From NCBI GenBank assembly GCA_964016885.1, contig OZ024743.1, forward strand, positions 335,544,001 to 335,608,000: DNA of 64,000 nt, in the 5' to 3' direction. Below, piece by piece: positions 63,094 through 64,000 of the stretch. Within the stretch, counting starts at the first letter, position 1; each line of letters opens with the position of its first letter. This DNA comes from Eledone cirrhosa. Lineage: Eukaryota. The translations under genes were made by a program, and so were the position numbers. The notes under the pieces are model-generated. The model did not search any database. It saw nothing but the letters and a program-made list of their open reading frames with translations, and was not told where the DNA came from.

Positions 63094-63135
63094 ACCACTG
63101 ACGATGTTGCAGATGTGCAACGAAAGAACTTTGAT
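63094..63135 (+). ncRNA. Minimal HHR in the 3' pLTR of the truncated PLE
   Basis: ACCA-CTGACGA-T-GTTGCA(gatg)TGCAAC-GAAAG-AA-CTT-TGAT. Confidence 0.65.
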
Positions 63136-63586
63136 AAACTATATATATATGATTGTATCTATATTGTATCTGTATTATTTTTGACCGCTGGTCAGTCAAT
63201 GGCAACATTGAGGACCGAATAAATTAGATTACCGATATAAAAGACACAGAAGCGAAAAGCGAAAACCAACCAAACAGTGAAGTGTGTTCTGTTATTAATT
63301 CTGGCAATATTACACAAATATGACCCTCCCCAAGTATAACAATATATATATTTGAAAAGAGGAAAAGAATGACTTCACTTCTAGTTCTAAACAATTTGAT
63401 TTAATTTTATAATATAATATTACGAGTTGGTAGATCTAGTAAGTTGTTTGTTAACTTCGGTGGGAAGATGTTTCAAGATTCCTGGTTGACTTTCATGGAA
63501 AACTTTCTCGTATTCGTCGGCGGCGATTGTCAATCTGAGATCAGGTTGTGTTGTGATGTTTGTGTGGGTGTATAGAGAGAGATTTG

Positions 63587-63758
<172 letters not shown>

Positions 63759-64000
63759 TATATATTACATTCACACAAACAAACACACATAACAAAAGAG
63801 ACAGGTTTTGTTTCCGATTCATTTTCAGTATCTTTTCTTGTCAGGAAATTCGGTTTTCCAACGTTTTATGAAATATGAACTTATTAATCAGGTCCTTTTG
63901 TGTAGAGAAATTACTTTCTGTAACAACTCGTTCATACCTGCTCCAGGAACGGATCTCCGTCTGTTGTGAAGATGTGTGCTCCATTTGTTCGATAAATATA

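Noticed and set aside
63850-64000. Possible host exon at the window end
   Set aside because: Too short and no recognisable motif

Overview
Eukaryotic, AT-rich, microsatellite-dense DNA with no host protein-coding gene I can support. The dispersed SINE family and repeat landscape suggest a cephalopod (Octopus-like) genome, which is inference. From 2.4 to 25.5 kb there is a chain of non-LTR retrotransposons joined through (TTA/TAA)n tracts: two 3' fragments and three full-length head-to-tail Tx1/L1-clade LINEs (two with intact ORF1+ORF2), plus one antisense R4/Dong-type RLE LINE. From 26 to 31 kb there are two fold-back palindromes, a 5S rRNA-like copy, an internally deleted mariner and SINEs. 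From 31.6 to 51.05 kb there is a ~19.4-kb inverted duplication with a decayed CR1-type LINE at each outer end; its turn-around point lies inside a ~0.5-kb tandem repeat whose unit carries a type I hammerhead ribozyme (HHR) motif with a very long helix III, resembling a retrozyme. From 52.5 to 58.3 kb there is an intact Penelope-like element (RT + GIY-YIG) with HHR-bearing pLTRs and an inverted partial copy. About 15 HHR motifs of roughly 9 sequence types, read by eye, are scattered across the window, mostly in short modules next to (TA)n tracts.
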